Numbered from the whole stretch's first letter, positions 12,910 through 26,535 are shown. The stretch is 63,912 bases of DNA, filler included, from Octopus bimaculoides (GCF_001194135.2; 6 parts of 6 records of this genome joined end to end with filler, not necessarily neighbours in it); one strand, 5' to 3'. Notes: a model not told the origin generated them from the sequence alone. Translations and numbers: made by a program.

Positions 12910-13544
12910 GTATGTATATGTGTATGTATGTATGTATGTATGTTGCCAATATTCATTTTTGTAAATTCTGTACAATGAACTTTTGATCTTATGGTTTGGC
13001 ATTTTGTCTTGCGACACTTGGCACCCTGTGACTTGCGTTCAGTCGTGCATTGACTGTCTATGATAAGGAATTTTATTCATTTATTTATTTCGTGAATTGC
13101 ATTAATAATATGTTTGTTTACAGGCATGATTTTGTGATCTCGATCTGAAAATATAACACTGCCAGTGAGATGTATCGCAATAGTAAGAACATGGTGAGAT
13201 AATTTAACTTTCCTAAGTGTATAGTTTATCCAAAAGATCAACACATACGGGATTAGCCAATACCATCTACTATAGTACTTGACTGGTGCTTTATTTTATC
13301 GACCCCGAAATGTTTAAAGGCAAAGTTGACCTCGGTGGAATTTGAGCTCAGAATATAAAGAGCTGAATCTGATTCCTCAAAGCAATTTTTAGATGCTTTA
13401 AAGACTCCGTCGTTTCACCATCTTCCCCACCCCCCAATTTTTAGAGTTATTATCTAACACATATAATTAAATAAAAATAAACAAAAAGTAGTTTTGAAAT
13501 GTTTTAATTTAGAATGTATTATACAGTTTGAACACTTAAAAATA

Positions 13545-14110
13545 TAAATATAAATGCTACAGCAAAGACAGGTCTACTTCTCAATGCAAAGAAGGCCAAA
13601 CACAAGACCAACAGTGAGGACTAAAATCACCTGGCAGTTTGTACACAGCGCAAGAAAGATAATGACTTCAAGTACCTTAGGTCTTATGTTATTGAGAAAA
13701 AAGAAAACTTCCTGCCATGCAAGGAATCAATCTGGAATACTTGACTATCATCACAATATCTGGCAGTCGAGTATCTCAAAGTCAACAAAGCTTGACTTCT
13801 TCAAAACGTGTATAGAGAGTATTTTTGTCTCTGGAGCCAATACTTAGACCATGAAGAGAGAGCTTCAAGATCGCCATGTAGTACATACATAAAGCTTCTC
13901 TTGGTGGCTCAAAACATCTCATAAAATGAGTACAGGATCAAAAGAGAGATTTATTTCACCCATTTCTACTATTAATACTCAATGGAAAGTAAGTTTTGCG
14001 GGCATTGCTATCGGGCTGAACATCAGACTATGTCAGAGGTTATGTTTCGGAAACTTCCGCATTCTAATAGAAGACGAAGGTCACTCAATTACATGGATAT
14101 TGGTTTCAAA
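13545..14110 (+). mobile_element. Decayed RTE-like LINE, 3' RT/thumb region
   Basis: DFKYLRSY, IWQSSISKSTKLDFFKTCIESIFVSG..T*T and HCYRAEHQTMSEV..RRRRSLNY resemble RTE-type ORF2 C-terminal motifs; frameshifted. Confidence 0.65.
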
Positions 14111-14539
14111 TTCTGGTGCAAATCCAGCAAGTTCAAGGAAGAGGGTTAGTCGATTACATCGACCTCACTATTTAACTGGTATTTATTTTATCGCCTCCGA
14201 AAGGATGAAAGGTGAAGTTAATCACGGTGGAATTTGAACTCAGAACACGAAGATAGACGAAATGCCGCTAATCATTTCGCCAGGCATGCTAACGATTCTG
14301 CAACGATTCTTATTTCTTTATTGCCCACAAGGGGCTAAACATAGAGGGGACAAACAAGGACAAAGGGATTACGTCGATTACATCGACCCCAGTACGCAAC
14401 TGGTACTTAATTTATCGACCCCGAAAGGATGAAAGGCAAAGTCGACCTCGGCGGAATTTGAACTCAGAACGTAACGGCAGACGAAATACCGCTAAGCATT
14501 TTGCCCGGCGCGCAAACGATTCTGCCAGCTCACCGCCTT
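14102..14539 (-). mobile_element. Two adjacent SINEs: B' (14102-14303) and full-length A (14306-14539)
   Basis: Same head and core, two different tails. Confidence 0.88.
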
Positions 14540-14988
14540 ATTTCAAGTACATTGATAATTATGACAGAGACATAGAACATGAAACTGAGGTCCTACGAAA
14601 GATTAGGTAAGATGGATATTTCTGGAGCTGTATGATGAAATGCATCTCGGTTGAGGACGGTTGACGAAATGCATATTTGTCTCATCAAACNNNNNNNNNN
14701 NNNNNNNNNNNNNNNNNNNNNNNNNNNNNNNNNNNNNNNNNNNNNNNNNNNNNNNNNNNNNNNNNNNNNNNNNNNNNNNNNNNNNNNNNNNNNNNNNNNN
14801 NNNNNNNNNNNNNNNNNNNNNNNNNNNNNNNNNNNNNNNNNNNNNNNNNNNNNNNNNNNNNNNNNNNNNNNNNNNNNNNNNNNNNNNNNNNNNNNNNNNN
14901 NNNNNNNNNNNNNNNNNNNNNNNNNNNNNNNNNNNNNNNNNNNNNNNNNNNNNNNNNNNNNNNNNNNNNNNNNNNNNNNNNNNNNNNN

Positions 14989-15058
<70 letters not shown>

Positions 15059-15067
15059 GAGAGAGAG

Positions 15068-15235
15068 AGATGGGCTTCTTTCAATTTCCGTCAGCCAAAT
15101 CCATTCACAAGGTTTTGGTCGATCCGGGACTACAGTAGAATATACTTGCCCAAGGTACCACGTATTGGAACTAAACTCGATAATATGTGGTTGGCAAGCA
15201 AAGGAAACTTCTTACCACACGGCCAAGCAGCGCAT
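15068..15235 (-). mobile_element. SINE family C, 5' half
   Basis: Homologous to 24230-24389. Confidence 0.75.
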
Positions 15236-15309
15236 ATAATAAGGAAAATCCCACAGTCAAATGATATATGCAAAATCATGCAGAAATTAGTAATAATATA
15301 TTTTGTGCA

Positions 15310-16110
15310 ACTTACTGAAAGAATTTAAAGAATTTTCTATTTGGATCGATGAATTGATGGAGATTAAAAATACAACTCAGCTATTGGTATTTGTCAGATA
15401 ATCGTAATAAGACTGTTTACGAGAATTTATTCGTTTTGTCGATCATTTGATGAACGTATAACGAGTGAAGTTGTTTCTTCTCACAGTTGAACGCTTTTGT
15501 TGTTGTTGTTGTTGTTGCTTTTTTTTTTGCTTGTTTGTTTTTTTATTAAGTGGATCCGAAATGAAAGAACTGTGTCTGTACAGATGATGCGACAATATAA
15601 AACGTGCGATTTCAAGCTAAAAGCACAAGCAACGCGCCAACTGCATCTAGTTGTTCTTTTAGACATCGAGAAAAAATATTTCTTCACACCTGAGGGCGAT
15701 AATATAAGATGGAATTACATTTATCAGCTTCATTAAAAGGCAAACATTGAATAGTCATCTGTTTGTAGATCTATGGCAGAATAGAATCCGTGTTCAGCAA
15801 ACTTATGTCAGATACAGAATTGCGGTGGCTACCAAAGGAGCAAGCTTTAAGGCGTCTAGTAAACAGGAAGAAGAAAAGTAATATTTTTGTCGGAAGGATT
15901 CTTTGATAGTGAAAACTGGTCTTGCAAATAATGCTTGTGAGACAAAAATGAAACTTAATGAGCTTAATGTATCTGTGAAAGGTAGATATAGGTAACCTTT
16001 TCCGAGAAACGGGCCGTACTACTAAAAAAACTTCAAAGCAATGTTTTGTTAAGTGTGCCATTCAGAAAGTACCAAGGGCTGCATACAGCTTGCAGTTTGC
16101 TTAAGAACAT
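15310..16110 (+). mobile_element. Decayed hAT (Charlie/SPIN-like) transposase relic
   Basis: FSIWIDE..EIKNTTQLLVFVR (LDESTD..QLLVFVR-like), CTDDAT (CTDGA-like), FIKRQTLNSHLF, DTELRWLPK (HTEVRWLS-like); many stops. Confidence 0.65.
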
Positions 16111-16295
16111 GATCCCATTTCAATTTGATTGAAAAAGCTGAACCTTTCACGAAATAAATAAACACATGGGAACATGCAGTATAGAATGATAAATTTGAAA
16201 TGTTTTTTTTTATTGTATTGCTTACTTCGTCTTCGAAAATAATTTAATTTTTAATTATTTAGATTAAGTAGATCATAAATGAGAATTTGGTATGG

Positions 16296-16681
16296 TTGGC
16301 ACTCCGTCGCTTACGACGACGAGGGTTCCAGTTGATCCGATCAACGGAACAGCCTGCTCGTGAAATTAACGTGCGAGTGGCTGAGCACTCCACAGACACG
16401 TGTACCCTTAACGTAGTTCTCAGGGGGATTCAGCGTGACACAGAGTGTGACAAGGCTGACCCTTTGAATTACAGGCACAACAGAAACAGGAAGAAAGAAT
16501 GAGAGAAAGTTGTGGTGGAAGAGTACAGCAGGGTTCGCCACCATCCCTTGCTGGAGTCTCGTGGAGCTTTAGGTGTTTTCGCTCAATAAACACTCACAAC
16601 GCCCGGTCCGGGAATTGAAACCGCGATTCCACGACTGCGAGTCCGCTGCCTTAACCACTGGGCCATTGCGCCTCCACGAGC
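16296..16681 (-). mobile_element. Full-length tRNA-derived SINE family E with an 11-bp TSD
   Basis: TSD atttggtatgg at 16285-16295 and 16682-16692; collinear with 25531-25909. Confidence 0.92.
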
Positions 16682-17720
16682 ATTTGGTATGGATGGGATA
16701 AAAATCAGTCTCGCATTTTTTTTTAGCTAGTCAATTGTACATTGGATCCCTGTATTTTCATAGCAAAATGAGAGATGAAATACCTTTCTTTGAAGGCTCG
16801 TAAAGTATTTACGAAGCACTAATACAACTCACATCACAAACTTGAATTTTCAAAATCTTCTTTGAGCATGTTTTAGCTGCTTTGGAATCAAAGTCTCCAA
16901 TACTATCTAAACCAGCAGTGGCATTTCTCCTACACCTTACTTTCTCATAATTATTTGAATCTGTACTTTCAGTTTTAACGAGCATAAAAATACCGCGCAA
17001 CTATTCAGAACCAAAAAAAAAATTAACCCTTATGGCTATCAAGGACAAATATCAAACCCCTACCTGATGTATCGCGCCAAAACAAGCACACACACGCATC
17101 CCTTTCTAGCTATTCCTATGATATATTTGTTGCTGTTAGTAAAGTTTTGTGCAGTCCTATCTTGTATCTACATTGTTTTATAGTTTTCAAGTTTCAGTTT
17201 GTTATTAGTAATTTTTTGTTCAATATAATCGCATACGAGTTATATTGCTTTGTTAGATATTTCCATAGACTTCTTTCTAATTTTGACACAAGGTCAGCAT
17301 TTCTGAGGGGAAGTGGGTGGGAAGTCAGTTACATCGATCTTAGTCTATTGCAAAACTTTGAGTATGGTCTCCAATTTGAGGGCATCTATCCCCTCCACTT
17401 CATCCTACCAGTTTCGGAGTTTCTAAAAAGGGTCATAAATGGGTGGCCCTTTTATACGTAAACCAATGCTCTTCCCCAAATAGTACGATATCTATTTTTC
17501 ATCAATCCATCACACAAAGCATCCATCTAGCCAGCCACCCGCTCCTCAATAATCAGTCTAGCCATCTAGCCAGGGCCAGATTAAGACCCGTAGGGGACAT
17601 AAACATTTAAAAGGTTTGTGGGACTTCATATATATGTAATTCAAAACATAAACAATAATTAACCAAAAAATTAATTTTCTATTTTAAAACTAACATTAAG
17701 ATGGAAAATAATGCTTATTT

Positions 17721-18140
17721 TTGAATCTGAAGTTATTCTATCCGGATTACAATTTTAGGTTTATACCTGTAATTATTGGGGCCCTAGGATATGTAACACG
17801 CAGCCTAAATACCAATCTTGAGAAATTGGGCTTCTCAAAACCAGAAAGGAGAAAGCTAATTCGAAGACTACAGATCCAATCCATCACTGGAACTGTAAAA
17901 ATCCGTAAAACTTCCCAGAAGTTTATCATTTAAATATATATGAACATGTCTTGATATGCAACTATATGCAAAAAACATACAAATCTGCACATACATACAT
18001 GCATGCGTACATACATACATACATACATACATACAAAAATACCCTGTTGATCATGTTGAAATTCCAATGAAGGAGCCTTGGATCTAGGTTAGAAACCGGC
18101 TCTGTCTCTATTGGCAAGAAATCTTGAAATAAACTGAATA
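17721..18140 (+). mobile_element. 3' end of an RLE-type non-LTR retrotransposon (R4/Dong/NeSL-like) plus probable 3' UTR
   Basis: LFYPDYNFRFIPVIIGALGYV...LEKLG...LQIQSITGTVKI..* matches the typical RLE C-terminal pattern; complements the fragment at 29761-30120. Confidence 0.65.
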
Positions 18141-18149
18141 ATGACATAC

Positions 18150-18570
18150 ATACTTACATACGTCTGTCTATCATCAATTTATCAATGAATTAACCCACCC
18201 GTCAATCCATTCATCCATTAATTTATCCATCTATTAATTTATCCATCCTCCCAATCACCCAGCCGTCTAGTCGTCCATCCCCCTCTCCCACCATCCGTCC
18301 AGCCAGCCAGCCATCTCTTCATCCATCCATCTGTAATTGATCAATCTAGCTATATGATCCATCCATCCATCAATTAATCTATCCATCAACCCATCCAAGC
18401 ACACATCTAGCTATTCGTCCATCCATCTGTCTATACGTCTATCCATCCAGCCATCCATCCGTACGTACGTACACACACCCATCCATCCACCCAGCCGTCC
18501 ATCCTTCCATACACCCTTCTGTCAATTCTTTCCATTCATATATATCCGCCAGTCAACCTGTTTGTTTACC
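18150..18570. repeat. Eroded (ATCC)n simple repeat
   Basis: Direct. Confidence 0.85.
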
Positions 18571-18644
18571 ATTTTTACTAACTACCATCCTATTATTTGT
18601 TCCTTTCGCTTTCTCTTTCTCTCTCTCTCTCGCTCTTTCTCTCC

Positions 18645-18692
<48 letters not shown>

Positions 18693-19075
18693 NNNNNNNN
18701 NNNNNNNNNNNNNNNNNNNNNNNNNNNNNNNNNNNNNNNNNNNNNNNNNNNNNNNNNNNNNNNNNNNNNNNNNNNNNNNNNNNNNNNNNNNNNNNNNNNN
18801 NNNNNNNNNNNNNNNNNNNNNNNNNNNNNNNNNNNNNNNNNNNNNNNNNNNNNNNNNNNNNNNNNNNNNNNNNNNNNNNNNNNNNNNNNNNNNNNNNNNN
18901 NNNNNNNNNNNNNNNNNNNNNNNNNNNNNNNNNNNNNNNNNNNNNNNNNNNNNNNNNNNNNNNNNNNNNNNNNNNNNNNNNNNNNNNNNNNNNNNNNNNN
19001 NNNNNNNNNNNNNNNNNNNNNNNNNNNNNNNNNNNNNNNNNNNNNNNNNNNNNNNNNNNNNNNNNNNNNNNNNNN

Positions 19076-19140
<65 letters not shown>

Positions 19141-19376
19141 TTCCAGTATTTCTCTCTCTTCTCCTTCAGCCTTTCTGTCAATCTATCTATCCGTCCGTCC
19201 GTCTGTTCTGTCTGTTCTGTCTGTCGTGTCTGTCTATCTGACTCTTCTTCAAAATTTACCAACACAAGCTCTACATTCCGTTCTGTCCTTCCGAACTGTT
19301 ACGTGTATGCCACACGCCAGTTTCTTTTTTCCTCTTCAAAGAAATTTTACCGCCCGTGTCTACCCTTATCGAACCT

Positions 19377-19377
<1 letters not shown>

Positions 19378-19425
<48 letters not shown>

Positions 19426-19780
19426 GTAATAACAGCAGCAGCAGCCCTAAGAACGACATACTAACACAACAAGACTACACATCACAACCCAACAACATGG
19501 CAACGCAGCTACATAGCAACACAACACGAACAACAATAACAACAACAAGACTATGGAAAAAGAACGAAACAACTCATATAACCTAACAACAATGTGATGA
19601 ACTGTACAATACAACAGTATGAACGCAACAATAGTACACAATAACATTACATTATAAAAAAAAAACATAGCCTAGCAACAGCACGAAACAAACAATACAA
19701 CCTAACAACATAGCAATAACATCAACAATGACAACAACATAACAACAACTGCATAACGTTAAACAATTTCACAAACTAAA
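19378..19780. repeat. (AAC)n microsatellite grading into a degenerate AAC-rich tract
   Basis: Direct. Confidence 0.9.
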
Positions 19781-19879
19781 CCACCTAGCCGAGAAATATG
19801 GAACACTATATCAACTGAAATTCTTTGGCGCGCCATAAAGAGAAGGAAGAACGGAGAAGAAAAATGAAAGTGATGGAAA

Positions 19880-20946
19880 GGAGGAGGAGAAGAAGAAGAA
19901 GAAGAAGAAGAAGAAGAAGAAGAAGAAGAAGAAGAAGAAGAAGAAGAAGAAGAAGAAGAAGAAGAAGAAGAAGAANNNNNNNNNNNNNNNNNNNNNNNNN
20001 NNNNNNNNNNNNNNNNNNNNNNNNNNNNNNNNNNNNNNNNNNNNNNNNNNNNNNNNNNNNNNNNNNNNNNNNNNNNNNNNNNNNNNNNNNNNNNNNNNNN
20101 NNNNNNNNNNNNNNNNNNNNNNNNNNNNNNNNNNNNNNNNNNNNNNNNNNNNNNNNNNNNNNNNNNNNNNNNNNNNNNNNNNNNNNNNNNNNNNNNNNNN
20201 NNNNNNNNNNNNNNNNNNNNNNNNNNNNNNNNNNNNNNNNNNNNNNNNNNNNNNNNNNNNNNNNNNNNNNNNNNNNNNNNNNNNNNNNNNNNNNNNNNNN
20301 NNNNNNNNNNNNNNNNNNNNNNNNNNNNNNNNNNNNNNNNNNNNNNNNNNNNNNNNNNNNNNNNNNNNNNNNNNNNNNNNNNNNNNNNNNNNNNNNNNNN
20401 NNNNNNNNNNNNNNNNNNNNNNNNNNNNNNNNNNNNNNNNNNNNNNNNNNNNNNNNNNNNNNNNNNNNNNNNNNNNNNNNNNNNNNNNNNNNNNNNNNNN
20501 NNNNNNNNNNNNNNNNNNNNNNNNNNNAGTGAAAAAGTGGTGGAGGGGGAGGGAGAAGAAGAATGAGTGAAAAGCGAAAGAGAGACGGAGGGAATGTGAG
20601 AAAGGAAGGGAAAGAGAGGAGAGAAAGAGAGACAGAGACAGAGACAGAGACAGATAGAGAAGAAGAAGAAGAAGAAGAAGAAGAAGAAGAAGAAGAAGAA
20701 GAAGAAGAAGAAGAAGAAGAAGAAGAAGAAGAAGAAGAAGAAGAAGAAGAGGGGAGAGAAAAGGAGAGAAAAATCACCGGGAGAGAAAAGAGTAAACAGA
20801 AAAAAAAAGAAGAAAATAATTCTGAAAGGAATTAAGGAATTCGAGGAATACCAGAATACAGCAAACCGATTACGTAAAGAATGATATACGAATATGGATA
20901 GAATATGTATGTGTGTGTACGTGTGTATGTATGAGTGTATCTTTGC

Positions 20947-20984
<38 letters not shown>

Positions 20985-21404
20985 ATATATACACACATAC
21001 ACACATGTATAGACAACCACTTGCAATGCACAGATATACATATAAATGTGTGTACGCGTGTATATGTGTGTGTATGTGTGTCTGTATTATAGTATAATTG
21101 TGCGTGTCTTTCTTTTGACCTAGTAACGAAATCTTTCCGTTTACCTTCCACGTCTCTCCCTCTCTCTACCCTCTCTCTCTCTCTCTGTCTCTCTCTCTAT
21201 CTATCTATCTATCTCTACCTCCCTCTCTTTCTCCTCTTTCTCTTCTCTCCCGCTATCTCCTATTAGATTTCTATCGCTTTTAAAGCTCATTGCACCATCT
21301 AAATCCCTTACTCTCTCTTCCTAGTTTTCCGGGTTTTTCTACACCTCCTCCCCTCTTCTTTCATTCTCTCACTCTCACTGTGTCTTCATCTATCTGTCTC
21401 TCTG

Positions 21405-21440
<36 letters not shown>

Positions 21441-22762
21441 CCTCTTGTTACATTACTACTCAATTCACTCAATACTTTCCTCTTTCCTCTTCACTCAACT
21501 TTCACTTTCACTTTTGATCCATTAACTCGTTCTCTTTCCTGCTTTCCATTTTCTTTCCTTTACTTTCTGTCTCTCGGTCTCAGTATACATCCATGCATTC
21601 ATCCATCCATACATATAAGTCTACATATATATGTGTGTATATATGCATATTTATATTAAAAAAGAGAGAGGGGGGAGGGGGGATCCGTCTCTCCTTGCTA
21701 TTTCCTCTCTCTCTCTCTCTCTTTGTCTCTGTCTCTCTCCCACTATCTCCATTCCCAATATGCCAATCTTTATGAATGAACACTTCCTATCGATCCACTA
21801 AACTGTTACAATTGTGTAATACTCACTCACAGTTCACTCCCTCTGTCTCTTTCTATCATTATTTTCTGGGGGGGGGGGTTGTTTTGTTGTTTTTTTTTCC
21901 TTTTTCCTCTTTTTATTTTAAACACTGTGATACNNNNNNNNNNNNNNNNNNNNNNNNNNNNNNNNNNNNNNNNNNNNNNNNNNNNNNNNNNNNNNNNNNN
22001 NNNNNNNNNNNNNNNNNNNNNNNNNNNNNNNNNNNNNNNNNNNNNNNNNNNNNNNNNNNNNNNNNNNNNNNNNNNNNNNNNNNNNNNNNNNNNNNNNNNN
22101 NNNNNNNNNNNNNNNNNNNNNNNNNNNNNNNNNNNNNNNNNNNNNNNNNNNNNNNNNNNNNNNNNNNNNNNNNNNNNNNNNNNNNNNNNNNNNNNNNNNN
22201 NNNNNNNNNNNNNNNNNNNNNNNNNNNNNNNNNNNNNNNNNNNNNNNNNNNNNNNNNNNNNNNNNNNNNNNNNNNNNNNNNNNNNNNNNNNNNNNNNNNN
22301 NNNNNNNNNNNNNNNNNNNNNNNNNNNNNNNNNNNNNNNNNNNNNNNNNNNNNNNNNNNNNNNNNNNNNNNNNNNNNNNNNNNNNNNAACTACTAGCACC
22401 AGCATTACCACCACCACCACCTCGTTATCATCATCTATTATATCATCACAACAACCACAACCATTACTATCACCACCACCACCAACAACAACAACAACAA
22501 CGTTGCCACCACCACCACCACCACCACCTGTACCACTATTACCTTCACAATTACTACTAACACTACAACTCTGAGTACTACCACCGCCTCCGCCTCCACC
22601 ACTGCCACAGGCCACTACGACCACCATCAGCCCTGCCACTACCGACACCACAAACGTCTAAAGACGGGATGGTCATGGCTGGAACGTCACTGAGTGTTAA
22701 GTCCCATCTGCTCCGTCACAGCTGATTCGAGGAGTGAGACGAGGTTGAACAACAACGGCTTT

Positions 22763-22794
<32 letters not shown>

Positions 22795-23000
22795 TTACTA
22801 CACAGATATACGCACCACCGCTACCATTACTACTTTTACAACTACCACCACCACTACTGCCACTGCTACTAAAAGACAATAATAAAAGCAGACACATACA
22901 CATACATACATGCATACATGCATATATATATGCATATATATATGTGTGAGTGTGTGGTGCACATACATGCATACACACACATACATGCATACATTCACAC

Positions 23001-23056
<56 letters not shown>

Positions 23057-23060
23057 TTAA

Positions 23061-23118
<58 letters not shown>

Positions 23119-23120
23119 TT
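19880..23120. repeat. Microsatellite/low-complexity cluster: (GAA)n, (GA)n, (CT)n, (TATC)n, (ACC/ACT)n, (GATA)n, with two gaps
   Basis: Direct. Confidence 0.9.
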
Positions 23121-23369
23121 AATAATATGATTTTTTTCTTCAAGTTAATCGACTCCACCCTTGCTACATCACACACATACGCACACACCTATCATTGTTC
23201 ACCGTCACCCACACCGTAGAACCGGTAGTTACCGTCAACCCACCCCCGTCCCCTCCCGAATACTTCATTCATTGTCGAACTCCTTTTATGGAAGTATCAA
23301 ATGACAGCGACACATACCTATTACAGACACGTGTCAGAATCGAACCAGCAAGGGACCCTGCAATACAGT

Positions 23370-23970
23370 CGTTCGATCTGCGAGAAATAGCAGCCAAATC
23401 CTAATTCTTTCATATCATCTCTGAACATCTTAAAAATGAAAGATAAAGCTGCATTGGATAATATAATCTGAAATAAAAAAGAAACAATACTGTCATGGCT
23501 GGAGCGCCTTTGATTCTATGTCGTAGCAATGAGAGCTAAACTCATAGACGAGACAAAAGGGATCCTACATGTGGTCGATTGACTTCCTAGAAACAACTGC
23601 TAAGCTCCAATTCCCTCAAACCAAACTCTACATACAAGCTTAAAAATTATGGGAAAGAAACGACGAAACGGTCACGGCTGGAACGCCTTTGATCTATATA
23701 TCTTAGCAGTGAGAGCTGACCACAGAGACGAAGCAAAAGGGAGTCACTATGTGGTCGCTCGACTTCCAAGAAACAACAGCTAAACTCCACTTCCCATCAG
23801 CCCATGCCCTACAGTCTATCAAATATAGGAAAGAAAAGATGAAACAGTCATGGCCGGAACGCCTTTGATCATCTTTTTAACAACGAGAGCTGACCTCAGA
23901 GATGAAGCAAAAGGGAAGCCTTTATGTTGTCGATCGACCTCCTAGAAGCAACAACGAAATTCAAACAAAC
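23370..23970 (+). repeat. About 3.3 diverged tandem units (about 178 bp) of repeat family F
   Basis: Anchor gtca(t/c)gg(c/t)(t/c)ggaacgcctttgat recurs near 23492, 23671 and 23848. Related pieces lie at 1-95, 9250-9500, 22660-22690, 24540-24870 (minus) and 27640-27690. Confidence 0.75.
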
Positions 23971-23979
23971 CAACTCTCT

Positions 23980-24389
23980 CTTACTCTTTTACTCTTTTAC
24001 TTGTTTCAGTTATTTGATTGCGGCCATGCTGGAGCACCGCCTTTAGTCGAGAAAATCGACCCCAGGACTTATTCTTTGTAAGCCTAGTACTTATTGTATC
24101 GGTCTTTTTTTGCCGAACCGCTAAGTGACGGGGACATAAACACACCAGCATCGGTTGTCAAGCGATGGTGGGGGGGACAAACAGACACACAAACACACAT
24201 ACATGTATATATATATACATATATACGACGGGCTTCTTTCAGTTTCCGTCTACCAAATCCACTCACAAGGCTTTGGTCGGCCCGAGGCTATAGTAGAAGA
24301 CACTTGCCCAAGGTGCCACGCAGTGGGATTGAACCCGGAACCATGTGGTTGGTAGGCAAGCTACTTACCACACAGCCACTCCTGCGCCT
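23980..24389 (-). mobile_element. Full-length tRNA-derived SINE family C with an internal (TA/CA) microsatellite
   Basis: Head GGCGCAGGAGTGGCTGTGTGGTAAG...GGGTTCAATCCC, then CACCTTGGGCAAGTG; tail (GTAAAAGA)n; more than 12 partial copies in the window. Confidence 0.92.
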
Positions 24390-24539
24390 ATGGAAAAGAA
24401 TGCGTTAAACATGGTAGTTTTTAGATATATAGAAAAATACGAGAAGTACACGACTAGAACATCTTTTGATCATCGGTCTGTTACTCAATCATGTCTAACC
24501 TGGGGTTACACAATAATAAGAGCAACAAGGTGTCAAGGG

Positions 24540-24870
24540 TTCCATGTTTATAACAACAATAACAACAATAGTATGCTGATATAAACCCAGGGCCAAAAGC
24601 ATTCCAGTTGTGACCATCCCATCTTATTTTATCTAGACATAATGTGTCTACATTTTTATTATCCAATGTCTTCCCCTCTTAATTCTACTTTTAAAAAGCT
24701 GGTATGGGATTGTATTTGTGGGTGATTTTGGCTGCGATTGTCAGCAGGTCCAGCAACCACGTAAAAGTTATTTTGTTTGATACGTGTAGTGGTTGCTGTC
24801 CTATGAGATTAGCTTTGATCGAGTAAATTCACGATCAAAAGCGTGCCAGTCGTGACCATCCCTTCCTTTC
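24540..24870 (-). mobile_element. Repeat family F fragments
   Basis: Reverse-complement homology to the 23370-23970 units, ending in (CAA)n. Confidence 0.6.
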
Positions 24871-25530
24871 CTTTCCTTCTTTCTCCTTCTCTACCTATCT
24901 ATCTCTATCTTTATCCCTCTCTGCCCCTCAAATTGTTGGGCAAATAGATAGAATATAATAAAAAGAGAATAGGAAAACAAAATTACTGCCACAGCATCGC
25001 AGTAAAATGAGAGTTCGGCGAGATTGTCACTCTGTGGCAAAAGAGAAAGTCGCTTGCAACCGCGAGAACCGTCGAAAAGAAATTTGTTTATGGGACGCAA
25101 TGGTTAAATGAGAGTTTTAGCGACAGGGTGACACCCTAAGAATATCTGCAATCTCATAATCATTCTTCTTTGTTTGTTTACTTCTTGATGTTTTTCAAGT
25201 TTTGAATAGGATATTTTAATGCCGAAATATCAAATAGATGTTATATAAAATATTAAAAATAGATGAATGATATAAATTACGAGAATGAATGGTACGGCTT
25301 CCACATTTTCTAGATTGAGTAACATTTCAACGGCAAACCCACGGTGTACAGCGGTTCAAACCACAATGGTAAATTTTTAAAAAATTATAACATTAGCTGC
25401 ATGAAGACATGATCTTCTGGCAGGCTTCCCTATCACCACAGAAATGGCCGTGTAAAATATAGAAGGTTTGATTGTCGCACCCTGTACAACAGCCTGTGCC
25501 GTTTCACATTTGTATACACATATATGTTTA

Positions 25531-25909
25531 GTGGAGGTGCAATGGCCCAGTGGTTAGAGCAGCGGACTCGTGGTCATAGGATCGTGGTTTCGATTCCCAG
25601 ACCGGGCGTTGTGAGTGTTTATCGAGCGAAAACACCTAAAAGCTCCACGAGACTCCAGCAAGGGATAGTGGCGAATCCTGCTGTACTCTTTCACCACAAC
25701 TTTCTCTCACTCTTACTTCCTGTTTCTGTTGTGCCTGTAATTCAAAGGGTCAGCTGTGTCACGCTGATTTTCCCCGAGAACTACGTTAAGGGTACACGTG
25801 TCTGTGGAGCGCTTCGCCACTTGCACGTTAATTTCACGAGCAGGCTGTTCCGTTGATCGGATCAACTGGAACCCTCGACGTCGTAAGCGACGGAGTGCCA
25901 ACAACAACA
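25531..25909 (+). mobile_element. Full-length SINE family E with a 7-bp TSD
   Basis: TSD atatgtt at 25522-25528 and 25910-25916; ends in (CAA)n. Confidence 0.92.
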
Positions 25910-26009
25910 ATATGTTATTTTAACCGAGACCTTTTTCAAGTGTATATTAAATAACGAAAACCGCTTTGTATGGCTTTCTTTCTTGTTTTATTTCTTTATA
26001 GCAACAGTA

Positions 26010-26200
26010 CTTTCAAAGGAGAATCGTTAGTTCGCCGGACAATATGCTTTACCTTCTAAGTTCAAATCCCATCGAACTCGACTTCAGTTTCCTTGTTCTG
26101 AGATCGATAAAATAAGTACTAGTCAAGCACTAGGGTCGATATAATTGACTAACCCTCCTCCCTTAAAATTTCAAGCCTTGTACCTATAGGAGAAAAGATT
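26010..26200 (+). mobile_element. Degenerate SINE family B copy
   Basis: AAGTTCAAATCCC...ttaaaatttcaagccttgtacctatagg tail. Confidence 0.75.
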
Positions 26201-26535
26201 AACAGTTGTTCCAGCACGCCCCACTATTTTATTGCAACTAATCACTATAATAATTCGTTCAACTGATTTCACATGGCGGCGAGTTCAATTTTTCTTGTTA
26301 AAAGAATCAATATTAATAAGTATCAGTAATTCATTGGAGAAAAAAGGAGAAATTGCCATTTGAAATCAGATATGAGACTGTCGGCTATAGATCTGCAGTG
26401 TATATAAATCTGCTGTAAGTGAAATGATATTGTTCCTGTGCAGGACATTTCAAGCATCCTCGATACAATTGTAGCTTTCTACATCAACCATTGTATAATA
26501 TTAAAGAAATGCATAGTGGTCTTGCCATCGGTAAG

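Noticed and set aside
22388-22651. Mucin-like Thr/Pro-rich ORF (similar at 27659-28096 and 35798-36130)
   Set aside because: Degenerate (ACC/ACT)n microsatellite translation.
25124-25484. Tc1-type MITE with CAGGGTG/CACCCTG ends
   Set aside because: Only a 7-bp terminal match, and the left end lacks a TA target site.
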